Below, piece by piece: positions 15,306 through 23,145 of a stretch of 27,776 bases of DNA. The DNA is taken from the IMG/VR virus record IMGVR_UViG_3300044446_000044, positions 1 through 27,776 of that record; one strand, written 5' to 3'. Origin of the DNA: a virus. Its lineage: Duplodnaviria > Caudoviricetes. Under the pieces are notes generated by a model, which had not been told where the DNA came from, did no database searches, and worked only from the letters and a program-made list of their open reading frames with translations. The stretch's first letter is position 1. The number at the start of each line of letters is the position of its first letter. The translations under genes were made by a program, and so were the position numbers.

Positions 15306-17909
15306 CTAGCCGAGAAGGTCTTCGACGCCTAGGTGTTGTTCGAGTTTCTTCCGTTCTTTCTTGATCTTTTCGTTCTTCGATTTACACATGGACCAGTTGG
15401 ACCCGATGTGAATGTCGGCCGGTACGAACCAGCCGTTGGGATAGTACTGCATGACAATGTCGGGATTGGCCGACGCATCCACGACCTGCGGCCAAGGCCG
15501 TTGCATGTTCGTTCGGATACAGACAAGCGTTTCTCGAATAATATCCTTCGGACAGTTGATCACGACCTCGTCGTGGACGGTCAGTCGGAGGGTTGCGCCG
15601 GCCGGAAGCTCACGATCGAGGGCAATGAGCTGCTCGATCATCTGGTCAGCGGCAGTAGACGACGCAGGGTAGTTGTAGATTTCTGTGATCTCACGAGTCC
15701 ACCACCAGCGACGCCTCTTCCACGCGTTGGCGAGGTAGTGCTGACGATGAACGAGAGCTGGAAGGCTTTCTCTCCAGGCGTGAAAGACCTTAAACCGCGA
15801 GAAGAACCGACCGATGAATCGTTGGACAAAGGCGAAGTCGAGATTATGACCTTCAGAAATCGACGCTGCGCCACGGCCGTAGCCGAGACCGTAGACGATG
15901 AATTTCGAGGCGTGACGTTCGTCGTCCGTGATAGTTTCAATCCGCCGCCCGAGCGTCTCAGCTGCCACCGCTTTGTGATTGTCAACGCCCGATGCGAGGA
16001 GTTCGAGACCGACAGGATCTCCGGATAGGACCATCGCGTTCCGCCACTCGATCTGGGAGGAGTCGGCAGAAATCAGAACGCAGTCGTCGTCGTCTGCGAT
16101 CCAAATATCCCTCATCGTCTCCGGGACGTTCTGAGCGTTGGGGTTCCAGCTGTTGAACCGGCCGTTCGAGGCTTTCGACACCCCGAACCGAGCGTGGACG
16201 CGTCCTTCCGCCACCATCGGCTGGACGAATGTGGAGTCCATCTTTCGGAGGTGACGGATGTCGACAATGGACCGCAGGATGACATTCTCCGGAGCCAGAG
16301 TCGCGAGAACTTCCAAGGCTTCCTTGTTAACTGTCGGAACACGCCCTCGCTTCTTGTCCTGATTGTATTGAACCTGCAAGCCGAGCTTTCCGTAAAGCAG
16401 CTCCATCAGCTGTTTGGGACTGTTGAGGTTCAGGCCGGGATCGCCGAGACCTTCTTTCAGGACGGCTTCTAGCCGGTCCGCGTTCTCCTGGAGCATGATC
16501 GACCACGATCCGGCCTTCTCCAGATCAATGTTCACCCCTCGTTGGGTCATTCTCCGAAGGATCGGATGGACAGGCAGGACATGATCGTAGTACAGTTCGA
16601 GCATGTCGTACTTCTTCAGCTCAGCTTTCAACCCGTCGACTGGATGCATCGCAGAGCGATCAGTCGCGATCGAGTCCGTCCCACAGACTCCCTTCAGATC
16701 GTCTTTGTAGTCCTCTCGAGATTTCCAATATTCAATGTCCGTATGGTTCGAGGCGATGAAGGCGAGGTCCTTCTCGGCCCCGCGCGCCCGGAAGTCGCCG
16801 GCGTTCTGATCTCCTATCGTCGTTTGGCCGTAGGACGAGTTCGTCAAGTGAAAGGCGACCATCGTGTCGAAGACGCGCGTCCACCTTATCCTCGTTCCTT
16901 TTTCCTCGGCGAACGGGAGGTCGAAGTTGAGTATGTTCTGGCCGATGATTTCGATCTTATCATCGTCAAGTAGCTCTTGAAATAGGAGCTTAGTACCAGT
17001 GGTCCAATCGAACACGTAAGCCGTGTCTGGCCGCGGAACAATTCCGCACATGAGAATCGAACTGCTACTCGCAGAGAGCCCGGTCGTTTCGAAGTCGAAC
17101 GTAAAGGCGCCCCTTGCTCTGATATCTGCAAGCACAGACTCTCGATCACGCGTTGTATTTGCATCACGGACAATGTTGACCGGTATACGCTCGATCTCGG
17201 GGAACCTGCTTTGAGCTTTCGCTCGAAAAAGGTCGTGGACTGCGAACGGCCAGTAGTACTGGGCTCGGGCGATGAAGGCAGGATGCCACGTGGGGAAGAC
17301 TTTATACGGCCGGTCGTCCGTTTCTTCGATACTGTCGACGACGACTCCTGCTGCTGCGAGGAGCGGTCGTCTGCGTGGTCCGGCTGTTGGCACTCCTCGC
17401 CAGAGACCGATTTTCTTTTTCTCCGTGAGGACTCCGAGGGCTGTATCTCCTGCCGCGATGATGACGTTCGGGTCGACATCTGCAATCTCCTCCTGGAGGA
17501 AGTGGGCACAGCACCCGATTTCGTGGTTTGTCGGATTCCGATTGTCCGGCGGTCGACACTTGACAGTGTTCGTGACGAACGTCTGCGTGTCTCGGTGAAT
17601 TCCGGCATGTGCGAGGAGGGCGGTCAACAGGCGACCCGACCCTCCGATGAAAGGTCGGAAGCGTTCAGGCTTGAATCCATATCCGCGGACACAGCCGGGG
17701 GCTGGAGGGCCGTGTTTTTCTTTGTCATACGCAGGAGGCCAGTCGACCTCTTCAGCTCCCGGGCCTTCTCCTAGCAGAAGGATCTTCGCCGACCGATTTC
17801 CCGTCCCCCACACTGGTCCAGGTTCTTCCCACAGCGTACAGACGCGGCACGCATCCGGCTTACCGAATGGATTATCGGCTGTTGGTGGGACTTTTCGAGG
17901 TTCAGACAT
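15306..17909 (-). CDS. polA: Family A DNA polymerase with N-terminal family-4 uracil-DNA glycosylase domain and 3'-5' exonuclease domain
   Basis: UDG: CRVC, GEGPG, PFIG, NTVKCRPP, WHPA. Exo: FDFETTG, N..FD. Pol: ADSSQIE, RHASKFIVYGLGYG, VHDE. Confidence 0.95.
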   Translation of the reverse strand: MSEPRKVPPTADNPFGKPDACRVCTLWEEPGPVWGTGNRSAKILLLGEGPGAEEVDWPPAYDKEKHGPPAPGCVRGYGFKPERFRPFIGGSGRLLTALLAHAGIHRDTQTFVTNTVKCRPPDNRNPTNHEIGCCAHFLQEEIADVDPNVIIAAGDTALGVLTEKKKIGLWRGVPTAGPRRRPLLAAAGVVVDSIEETDDRPYKVFPTWHPAFIARAQYYWPFAVHDLFRAKAQSRFPEIERIPVNIVRDANTTRDRESVLADIRARGAFTFDFETTGLSASSSSILMCGIVPRPDTAYVFDWTTGTKLLFQELLDDDKIEIIGQNILNFDLPFAEEKGTRIRWTRVFDTMVAFHLTNSSYGQTTIGDQNAGDFRARGAEKDLAFIASNHTDIEYWKSREDYKDDLKGVCGTDSIATDRSAMHPVDGLKAELKKYDMLELYYDHVLPVHPILRRMTQRGVNIDLEKAGSWSIMLQENADRLEAVLKEGLGDPGLNLNSPKQLMELLYGKLGLQVQYNQDKKRGRVPTVNKEALEVLATLAPENVILRSIVDIRHLRKMDSTFVQPMVAEGRVHARFGVSKASNGRFNSWNPNAQNVPETMRDIWIADDDDCVLISADSSQIEWRNAMVLSGDPVGLELLASGVDNHKAVAAETLGRRIETITDDERHASKFIVYGLGYGRGAASISEGHNLDFAFVQRFIGRFFSRFKVFHAWRESLPALVHRQHYLANAWKRRRWWWTREITEIYNYPASSTAADQMIEQLIALDRELPAGATLRLTVHDEVVINCPKDIIRETLVCIRTNMQRPWPQVVDASANPDIVMQYYPNGWFVPADIHIGSNWSMCKSKNEKIKKERKKLEQHLGVEDLLG

Positions 17910-17915
17910 TCCTTA

Positions 17916-18329
17916 TCATCCTGTAAATGCTTTGTGATGTGGATCTTGCTGGAGGTCTTTCATCGTCCTCGTCTGACCACAGATCGCACACGTGACCGTG
18001 AAACTCATCGGGTCGGCGTTCTTCCACACATGGTGATGCGCGTCAGTCATTCTCCGGAGCTCGGAGCGAAGCTGATCGGGCGTCGTCCCGTCGAGAGCGG
18101 ATCGGATCTCTTTAACAATCGGCTCTCGCCCGTAGGTCGTTGACAGAGCCGCTTCCTTGAAGCATTGCAGCGGCGGCGGAGTAAAAGAGGTATCTAGCAT
18201 GTTCGCTGACATCTTCGCGAGTGACGCGATCACCTTCTCCATCGCCTCCTTGAAGTTGTCGATGTTCTTCAGATCAGCCTCACTGATCTTGATACTGATG
18301 TAGAGGATCGGATCACTCGGCATGGCCAT
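17916..18329 (-). CDS. Hypothetical protein with C-terminal H.W...CAICG Zn motif
   Basis: 137 aa, directly upstream of polA. Confidence 0.65.
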   Translation of the reverse strand: MAMPSDPILYISIKISEADLKNIDNFKEAMEKVIASLAKMSANMLDTSFTPPPLQCFKEAALSTTYGREPIVKEIRSALDGTTPDQLRSELRRMTDAHHHVWKNADPMSFTVTCAICGQTRTMKDLQQDPHHKAFTG

Positions 18330-18514
18330 TCCCTGTCACTCCATTCTCTCGCTCTAGCCAGTCCGCAGGACCGACTGTAATAAGGAATGGATGTGGCTCA
18401 GCATAGAATTCATATTGATGACGAATCCGGATGACACGCCAGTTTCCGAGACATTTCAGGGCTTGCCATTAGCTCAGCAAATTTCTTTCTGCGTTCGTCT
18501 GACCACGGAGCCAT
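18313..18514 (-). pseudogene. Internally deleted remnant of a NUMOD/DUF559 endonuclease
   Basis: GGAGG+ATG gives MAPWSDERRKKFAELMASPEMSRK; a shifted frame then gives WRVIRIRH..., matching the C-termini of the two intact paralogs. Confidence 0.6.
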
Positions 18515-18515
18515 T

Positions 18516-18791
18516 TTATCCTCCGCTTTCCGTCGCCTTCCAATCGATGGGTCCGATTGAGACCCGAAACGGACTAATACGTCCTGCGGAAAGGAGCGTG
18601 ACGAAGACGTCAGCACCTTCGAAGATGGCCCGTCGTTCGTCGTCCGTTAGTTCCCACCTCGTAATCACTTGGCCTCGCGGAGTGACAATCGCCGGGACAT
18701 TGACATACTCCTCCTGATGTTCTGCAACGATCAGGGCTCGGCAGTTTGCAGGAAGTAGATCAGCTGGGACGCGTGGATCGATGACATCCAT
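18516..18791 (-). CDS. Hypothetical phage protein
   Basis: 91 aa; AEHQEEY...PA...G.VITRWEL...ER pattern; first gene after the strong promoter. Confidence 0.75.
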   Translation of the reverse strand: MDVIDPRVPADLLPANCRALIVAEHQEEYVNVPAIVTPRGQVITRWELTDDERRAIFEGADVFVTLLSAGRISPFRVSIGPIDWKATESGG

Positions 18792-18810
18792 CGGGCGCTC
18801 CGAGAAAGAA

Positions 18811-18839
18811 ATTATATGTTAACGTCAAGAGAACGTCAA
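18811..18839 (-). promoter_or_regulatory. Near-consensus sigma70 promoter upstream of the replication genes
   Basis: Minus strand TTGACG-17 nt-TATAAT; contains the direct repeat TTGACGTT twice at 11-bp spacing. Confidence 0.8.
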
Positions 18840-19309
18840 TGGACGTCCACAGGACGGTTGAAGGCTTCGCTGGTGGTGGCGCGCGTTATGCGAAGCACGT
18901 CGATGAGTTCGTCGATGGATACGACGAGCGAGTCGACCATCTTATACATGAGATCAGGCTCTTCGTTGTCGAGTAGGAGGATGAAGGTCCGTTTTCGAGC
19001 GCCGGCGGCCCAGCCGAGTTCGAGGTGGGCGGAACGTCCAGACGGCTGAACGAGGACGCATGCATCGCACCAGCGAAGAGCGTTCATGTCCAGGTCGAAG
19101 CCGGAATTGCATCTGGCGTCAGAGAGGATCTTGCGGATGACCTGAGCAGGTTGAGGACTGGTCGGCAGACCGACGGCCGACCACGAGAAGCCGGCGTTTC
19201 CGGCTGTAGGGTTTCTGAAGTCATAGACGTCATGTCCCGCTTCTCGCAAGCGTCGAACGACTTCCGGTTGTAGGGCCGTTCGCCAGCTGGAAGCCACATA
19301 TATACGCAT
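18836..19309 (-). CDS. Nucleoside 2-deoxyribosyltransferase-like protein
   Basis: IYVASSW, D.NAL..CDACVLV.P.GRSAHLELGWAAG including the conserved Glu. Confidence 0.75.
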   Translation of the reverse strand: MRIYVASSWRTALQPEVVRRLREAGHDVYDFRNPTAGNAGFSWSAVGLPTSPQPAQVIRKILSDARCNSGFDLDMNALRWCDACVLVQPSGRSAHLELGWAAGARKRTFILLLDNEEPDLMYKMVDSLVVSIDELIDVLRITRATTSEAFNRPVDVH

Positions 19310-19321
19310 GACTGTTTCCTA

Positions 19322-19885
19322 TTATCTATGAGGAATTCGGATAACGATCCAACCAGCTGATCTGAGAAATGCATCTCTGGTCATGTCTTCATCGGGTGCG
19401 CCGACGTGGAATGGACCGTCGAGCTCGATGTTAATCTTGAGACGTGAATGAGCAAAGTCTAGCTCGTACTTCTCGCGTTTACCGTCACTGCCATGCGCTA
19501 CAAAGAATGTCCGCATGAATCCTGCAGGACATAAGATCCGCGCATACGCCGCACCAGTATCTCCACCTTGATATGCATACGCACCACCAAAACCTTTTCC
19601 TGTCATGCCTGCTGAGATAGCAGCTTTATGGCTTTCCGCAAGCGGACGGCCCAGTAGTGCGTCCGACTGCTTTTGTTTCTGTTCCTCTGAGGCTGGAATT
19701 CCCTTATTCCACGCTGGAATTCCTCGGCGGTTCTTCGACATCAGTTCTATGGACTCTTTCGAGTGTCGTCCTCCTGTCTTTGCAGCAGATATCTTTCTTG
19801 CTGTTTCTTCGGAGTGATGCCATCCACCTAACCTCGAATGCTTCTCACAGTCACAATTCGGCGGGCATGGTTGATTGCCTGGCAT
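19322..19885 (-). CDS. Free-standing NUMOD3-repeat plus DUF559 homing endonuclease
   Basis: HHSEETARKIS, HSKESIELMS and PAWNKG; LDFA...KINIELDGPFH...D..RDAFLRSAGWIVIRI; start inferred from TGATG overlap. Confidence 0.85.
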   Translation of the reverse strand: MPGNQPCPPNCDCEKHSRLGGWHHSEETARKISAAKTGGRHSKESIELMSKNRRGIPAWNKGIPASEEQKQKQSDALLGRPLAESHKAAISAGMTGKGFGGAYAYQGGDTGAAYARILCPAGFMRTFFVAHGSDGKREKYELDFAHSRLKINIELDGPFHVGAPDEDMTRDAFLRSAGWIVIRIPHR

Positions 19886-20070
19886 CACGCTTCTTCTCGC
19901 CATGTCGGTTTCGGCTTCTTCTGATTTCCTCGTTTCACGAGCATCCAGACGTAAGTCCACCTCCAGCCGAGACCAGGTCCAGAGGAAGCCGCTAGGCCAC
20001 GTTTTGAGAGGAGCGCCCTCCAGCGAAGGCGCTCCCGTCTTTTCACCAGCGTTCGGAGAGACGTTCTCAT
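19885..20070 (-). CDS. Small basic hypothetical protein
   Basis: 61 aa, coupled by overlaps at both ends. Confidence 0.55.
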   Translation of the reverse strand: MRTSLRTLVKRRERLRWRALLSKRGLAASSGPGLGWRWTYVWMLVKRGNQKKPKPTWREEA

Positions 20071-21233
20071 TTTACCCAAGGGACGGTCGATGGAAGACTG
20101 ACTGTCGCGCCGGCCAGTGCCTGAACTGTGATCTGATGCGGACCGACAGGCGTGTTTGTCGTGTCCAGCGTGGCCGTGCAGACCGTTGCAGTACAGACCG
20201 TCACTGGCACGGCGATCGGTAGTTGAGCATCGATTATCACTCTAAAACTCGTGACGTTGTCCGTAGCGACATACGGATCCCATGCGACGGTGACGGAGGA
20301 AGGGGGAGGTGGCGGAGGTGGCGGAGCAACGCTCGTATCGAAGACGACGTCAACCCAATAGTTGCTTCCGGAGAATGTAGCGTTTGGAAAGGCGACGGCC
20401 GTGCCGTAGCGATAGACCCCATTCCCTCCGGAGACTTGACTCGTTGACGGCACGTGGAGCGGAGGTGCGTCGCGAGGACTCGCGAAGGCGTTAACAGCAA
20501 ATGCATAGTTCCCGGTTGGTGAGTGGTAGGATGCAACGTAGAACGTTCCTGCCGTGACGGGAATCGGACTTGCAAACGTTCCGGTTTGCCAGCCCCCAGC
20601 TGTTTCAGTCGAGAACGTAGCTGTTCCCAGAGACGTTCCGAGCGCTGACCAGAGCGTTCCGACATGTGTGCCGGTGTTTCCTGAGGTCTTATAAAACTTC
20701 AGTCCAGTAACGAATCCCGCAATATCGGATTTGAACCGAACGCCGAGCTCAACGGGCTGTGGACTACCCGACTGATTCGCGATGGCGGTGGTAGACGGTG
20801 GCCAAATGCTGCAGGGGCAGGTCGCCGGAGGAGGCGGAGGCGGAGGAGTGACAACAGCCAAAGACGTGAACGACCACGTCGGAGAAGTCGACGTGCCAGC
20901 CGCGTTTGCGGCGACGACCCGCCAGTAGTATTTCGTCCCCGCTATTAGCGTTGGAGAAGCGTACGTTCCACAGGGCTGCCGAGTGACGACCTTCGGCGGA
21001 GTCGCGGCTGTTCCGAAGTAGACGTCACATCCAAGCGTTGCTCCGATTCCGATCCATGTCAACGAAGCTCCGACAAGCTGAACGTCTGTCACTGTCGTCA
21101 TCGGCGAAGGGTTCTTTGGGACTTCTGGCACAATCCTTTCTGCGTTCCACCGAATGATGTCCGTGACTGTCTGTGCGGATGATAGTACGGACGTCAGGAT
21201 GAGCGCGACAAGTAGGGATAGAACTTTCTTCAT
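20067..21233 (-). CDS. Secreted FN3-like plus DUF4082 domain protein with poly-proline linkers
   Basis: Sec signal MKKVLSLLVALILTSVLSSA; DVYFGT...YYWRVVA FN3-like domain; CPCSIW, VELGVRF, NTGTHVG.LW and SNYWVDVVF; two poly-Pro tracts. Confidence 0.88.
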   Translation of the reverse strand: MKKVLSLLVALILTSVLSSAQTVTDIIRWNAERIVPEVPKNPSPMTTVTDVQLVGASLTWIGIGATLGCDVYFGTAATPPKVVTRQPCGTYASPTLIAGTKYYWRVVAANAAGTSTSPTWSFTSLAVVTPPPPPPPATCPCSIWPPSTTAIANQSGSPQPVELGVRFKSDIAGFVTGLKFYKTSGNTGTHVGTLWSALGTSLGTATFSTETAGGWQTGTFASPIPVTAGTFYVASYHSPTGNYAFAVNAFASPRDAPPLHVPSTSQVSGGNGVYRYGTAVAFPNATFSGSNYWVDVVFDTSVAPPPPPPPPSSVTVAWDPYVATDNVTSFRVIIDAQLPIAVPVTVCTATVCTATLDTTNTPVGPHQITVQALAGATVSLPSTVPWVK

Positions 21234-21240
21234 TACAAAC

Positions 21241-21579
21241 CTATTCCTCTCCGGAAAAACTGAACGAGGCGGACTTTAGACCTGGGATGTACTGGACTTC
21301 GCCGTCCCAAGCGGGCGCAACTTCGGTCTGGGCCCGGCGAACATGCAGCTGAGTGATAAAGCCGATCGGGACGAACATACCTTCGTATCGGACGTATACT
21401 TCCCCTCCTATCATGAACGCATGTTGTGCGGTGTCTAGTCGCATCGGATTCGGTTGAGTGAGGATAGTCGGTTGGTTGACGACGAGAGCGGAGACCTCTT
21501 CCTCGCTCGCAAGACGGACGAGAGCCGTGCCGGCTGAAGCCGAAACGAGAAGACCTTTGATGAATGATCGTCTTTCCAT
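21241..21579 (-). CDS. Small protein with twin-arginine (Tat) signal-like N-terminus
   Basis: MERRSFIKGLLVSASAGTAL; 112 aa. Confidence 0.7.
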   Translation of the reverse strand: MERRSFIKGLLVSASAGTALVRLASEEEVSALVVNQPTILTQPNPMRLDTAQHAFMIGGEVYVRYEGMFVPIGFITQLHVRRAQTEVAPAWDGEVQYIPGLKSASFSFSGEE

Positions 21580-21583
21580 CGTC

Positions 21584-21808
21584 TTACGTCTCGTAGTTGA
21601 TCGGAAAGGTCCGATCATCCTGTCGGAGGATTCCGTGTTCGTGTTCTGTGAATTCATCCCGTAGTGCGAGGCTTGCCCAGTGCGTGCCCCAGACTGCAAG
21701 CCATGCGATGTGGTCGACATCCCAGTCAGCTGGAGGTCGACGCATTAGCCAGAGGGCAAGGCGGCCTGCAGCCTCAGCATCTCTTCGGAAGATAGACGGT
21801 CCGTTCAT
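21584..21808 (-). CDS. Hypothetical protein
   Basis: 74 aa from ATG at 21808 (ATGA overlap). Confidence 0.6.
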   Translation of the reverse strand: MNGPSIFRRDAEAAGRLALWLMRRPPADWDVDHIAWLAVWGTHWASLALRDEFTEHEHGILRQDDRTFPINYET

Positions 21809-22125
21809 ACCGTCAGGACCGATCCGTCCGTCACGAACCCATGCCAGCCGCATCCACCGCGTTCTTTCGATCGCAGGATCGATGGCGTGAGCGTGAGCGT
21901 CTCGAAAGTTTCTCCAGTTCGATGCCAGAGAGGGTTCGAGGCATCGTATGGGATCCCTCCATCCATTGGATTCTCGAACCCGACGAAACACCGTGAGGCG
22001 CAGTGGCAAGGGCAGTCAAAGGCGATACCGATTCCTCGACGCTCAGGAACGGGTTGGCCTGTAGCGTCCGTGATTCCAGGGCCGCCAGATGAAACCCACC
22101 CGGGATCGAGGTCTGTAAGCCTCAT
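21805..22125 (-). CDS. DUF6527-like Zn-binding protein
   Basis: FDCPC...W...LTLTPSI...CGWHGFVTDG. Confidence 0.7.
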   Translation of the reverse strand: MRLTDLDPGWVSSGGPGITDATGQPVPERRGIGIAFDCPCHCASRCFVGFENPMDGGIPYDASNPLWHRTGETFETLTLTPSILRSKERGGCGWHGFVTDGSVLTV

Positions 22126-22439
22126 AGCGGTCCACTCCAGAGGACGAAGGCATACGCAGCCTTACATCCAACGTGTATCCATTGATCGGCGGTGAAGGTC
22201 GTCCGGCCGACGCACTTCAGGTGGTCGATTATCATGTGGATGAGCGTTTCCAGAATTCCGAGAACGACAGAATGTGTGACGACGGCCACAGCTCCTCCGT
22301 GGATTAGCGAATGCCAGAAGAGCGCCCAGAAGCGTGGAATGCTAGGGACGGCTCCACATTTGGCAGCGGCCAGAAACTTACCTTGCAGCGGGAAGTCGGC
22401 AACTGCGTGCCCGACGAGTAACCAGAAGAACATGCTCAT
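22122..22439 (-). CDS. DUF3307 family membrane protein
   Basis: GH.VADFPLQ, HSLIH, H..ID..K and DQW.H motifs. Confidence 0.85.
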   Translation of the reverse strand: MSMFFWLLVGHAVADFPLQGKFLAAAKCGAVPSIPRFWALFWHSLIHGGAVAVVTHSVVLGILETLIHMIIDHLKCVGRTTFTADQWIHVGCKAAYAFVLWSGPL

Positions 22440-22765
22440 CGAGGAACGCGTTCCTCAGCTCGTGCCTCCAGCTTTTCGATATTCGCCAAGCGAACTTGTC
22501 GGAGGTTCGTGGACAGCGCCGTTGCGAGCATCGCGGAGTAGCCTTGGATGTCACCAAGCTCTTCGAGGATCTCACCGACGGTAACGAGGTCTCGATGCGT
22601 ACCGCCTTTCAGATACTTCTTCTTCACCTTGTTCGCGAGCTCACCGGCTTCGCCTGCGAGTGAAAGAGCGACCGCAATGATCTCACGTTCCTTCGGATCA
22701 TCGGGCCAGATGAAGCCCACGCGGAGCTCGGCGATACGGTCTTCGTAGGCTGTCTCGTTTATCAT
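22436..22765 (-). CDS. MazG-like nucleoside triphosphate pyrophosphohydrolase
   Basis: LAGEAGELANKVKK...EELGD...N.EKL..R; start from ATGA overlap. Confidence 0.85.
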   Translation of the reverse strand: MINETAYEDRIAELRVGFIWPDDPKEREIIAVALSLAGEAGELANKVKKKYLKGGTHRDLVTVGEILEELGDIQGYSAMLATALSTNLRQVRLANIEKLEARAEERVPR

Positions 22766-23145
22766 GTTCCCTCTTTTCGCATGTGTGAACGAAGGTCGTC
22801 GATCGAAAACTGTCCATCTTCCCAGAGGAGGGCTTGAACAAAGCCGAGCCACCGCATGAGCTTTTCTCGATCGAGGTCTGGTCCGGTGGCACGATTCATC
22901 GCGCGGATAGACTCCAGCATGAAGCAGACGGTAGATCGGTGTTCGCCATCTGCCATTAGTGATGATGCGGCCGAGTATAGATCAAGCGCGTTATTGATAT
23001 GGGCGGTTGTCAGTTGGCGCTTTCGCGATGTTTCGAAGTCGGAGAACGATGTTTCGACCCCGTTGACGTAGAAATGCTTCGTCTCGGGTCGGTACGCTCG
23101 GTCTGCACCATTGGTGGCGATTTGAAAGATGACATCATCCGCCAT
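22762..23145 (-). CDS. Hypothetical phage protein
   Basis: GAGGT RBS, ATG at 23145; C-terminal KLMRWLGFVQ motif. Confidence 0.7.
   Translation of the reverse strand: MADDVIFQIATNGADRAYRPETKHFYVNGVETSFSDFETSRKRQLTTAHINNALDLYSAASSLMADGEHRSTVCFMLESIRAMNRATGPDLDREKLMRWLGFVQALLWEDGQFSIDDLRSHMRKEGT

Noticed and set aside
15306-17909. Intein in the polymerase or helicase
   Set aside because: No intein splice motifs or large insertions; the extra length is explained by the UDG domain.
20300-20850. GGA/GGC/GGT-rich repeats
   Set aside because: They simply encode the poly-proline linkers of the DUF4082 protein.
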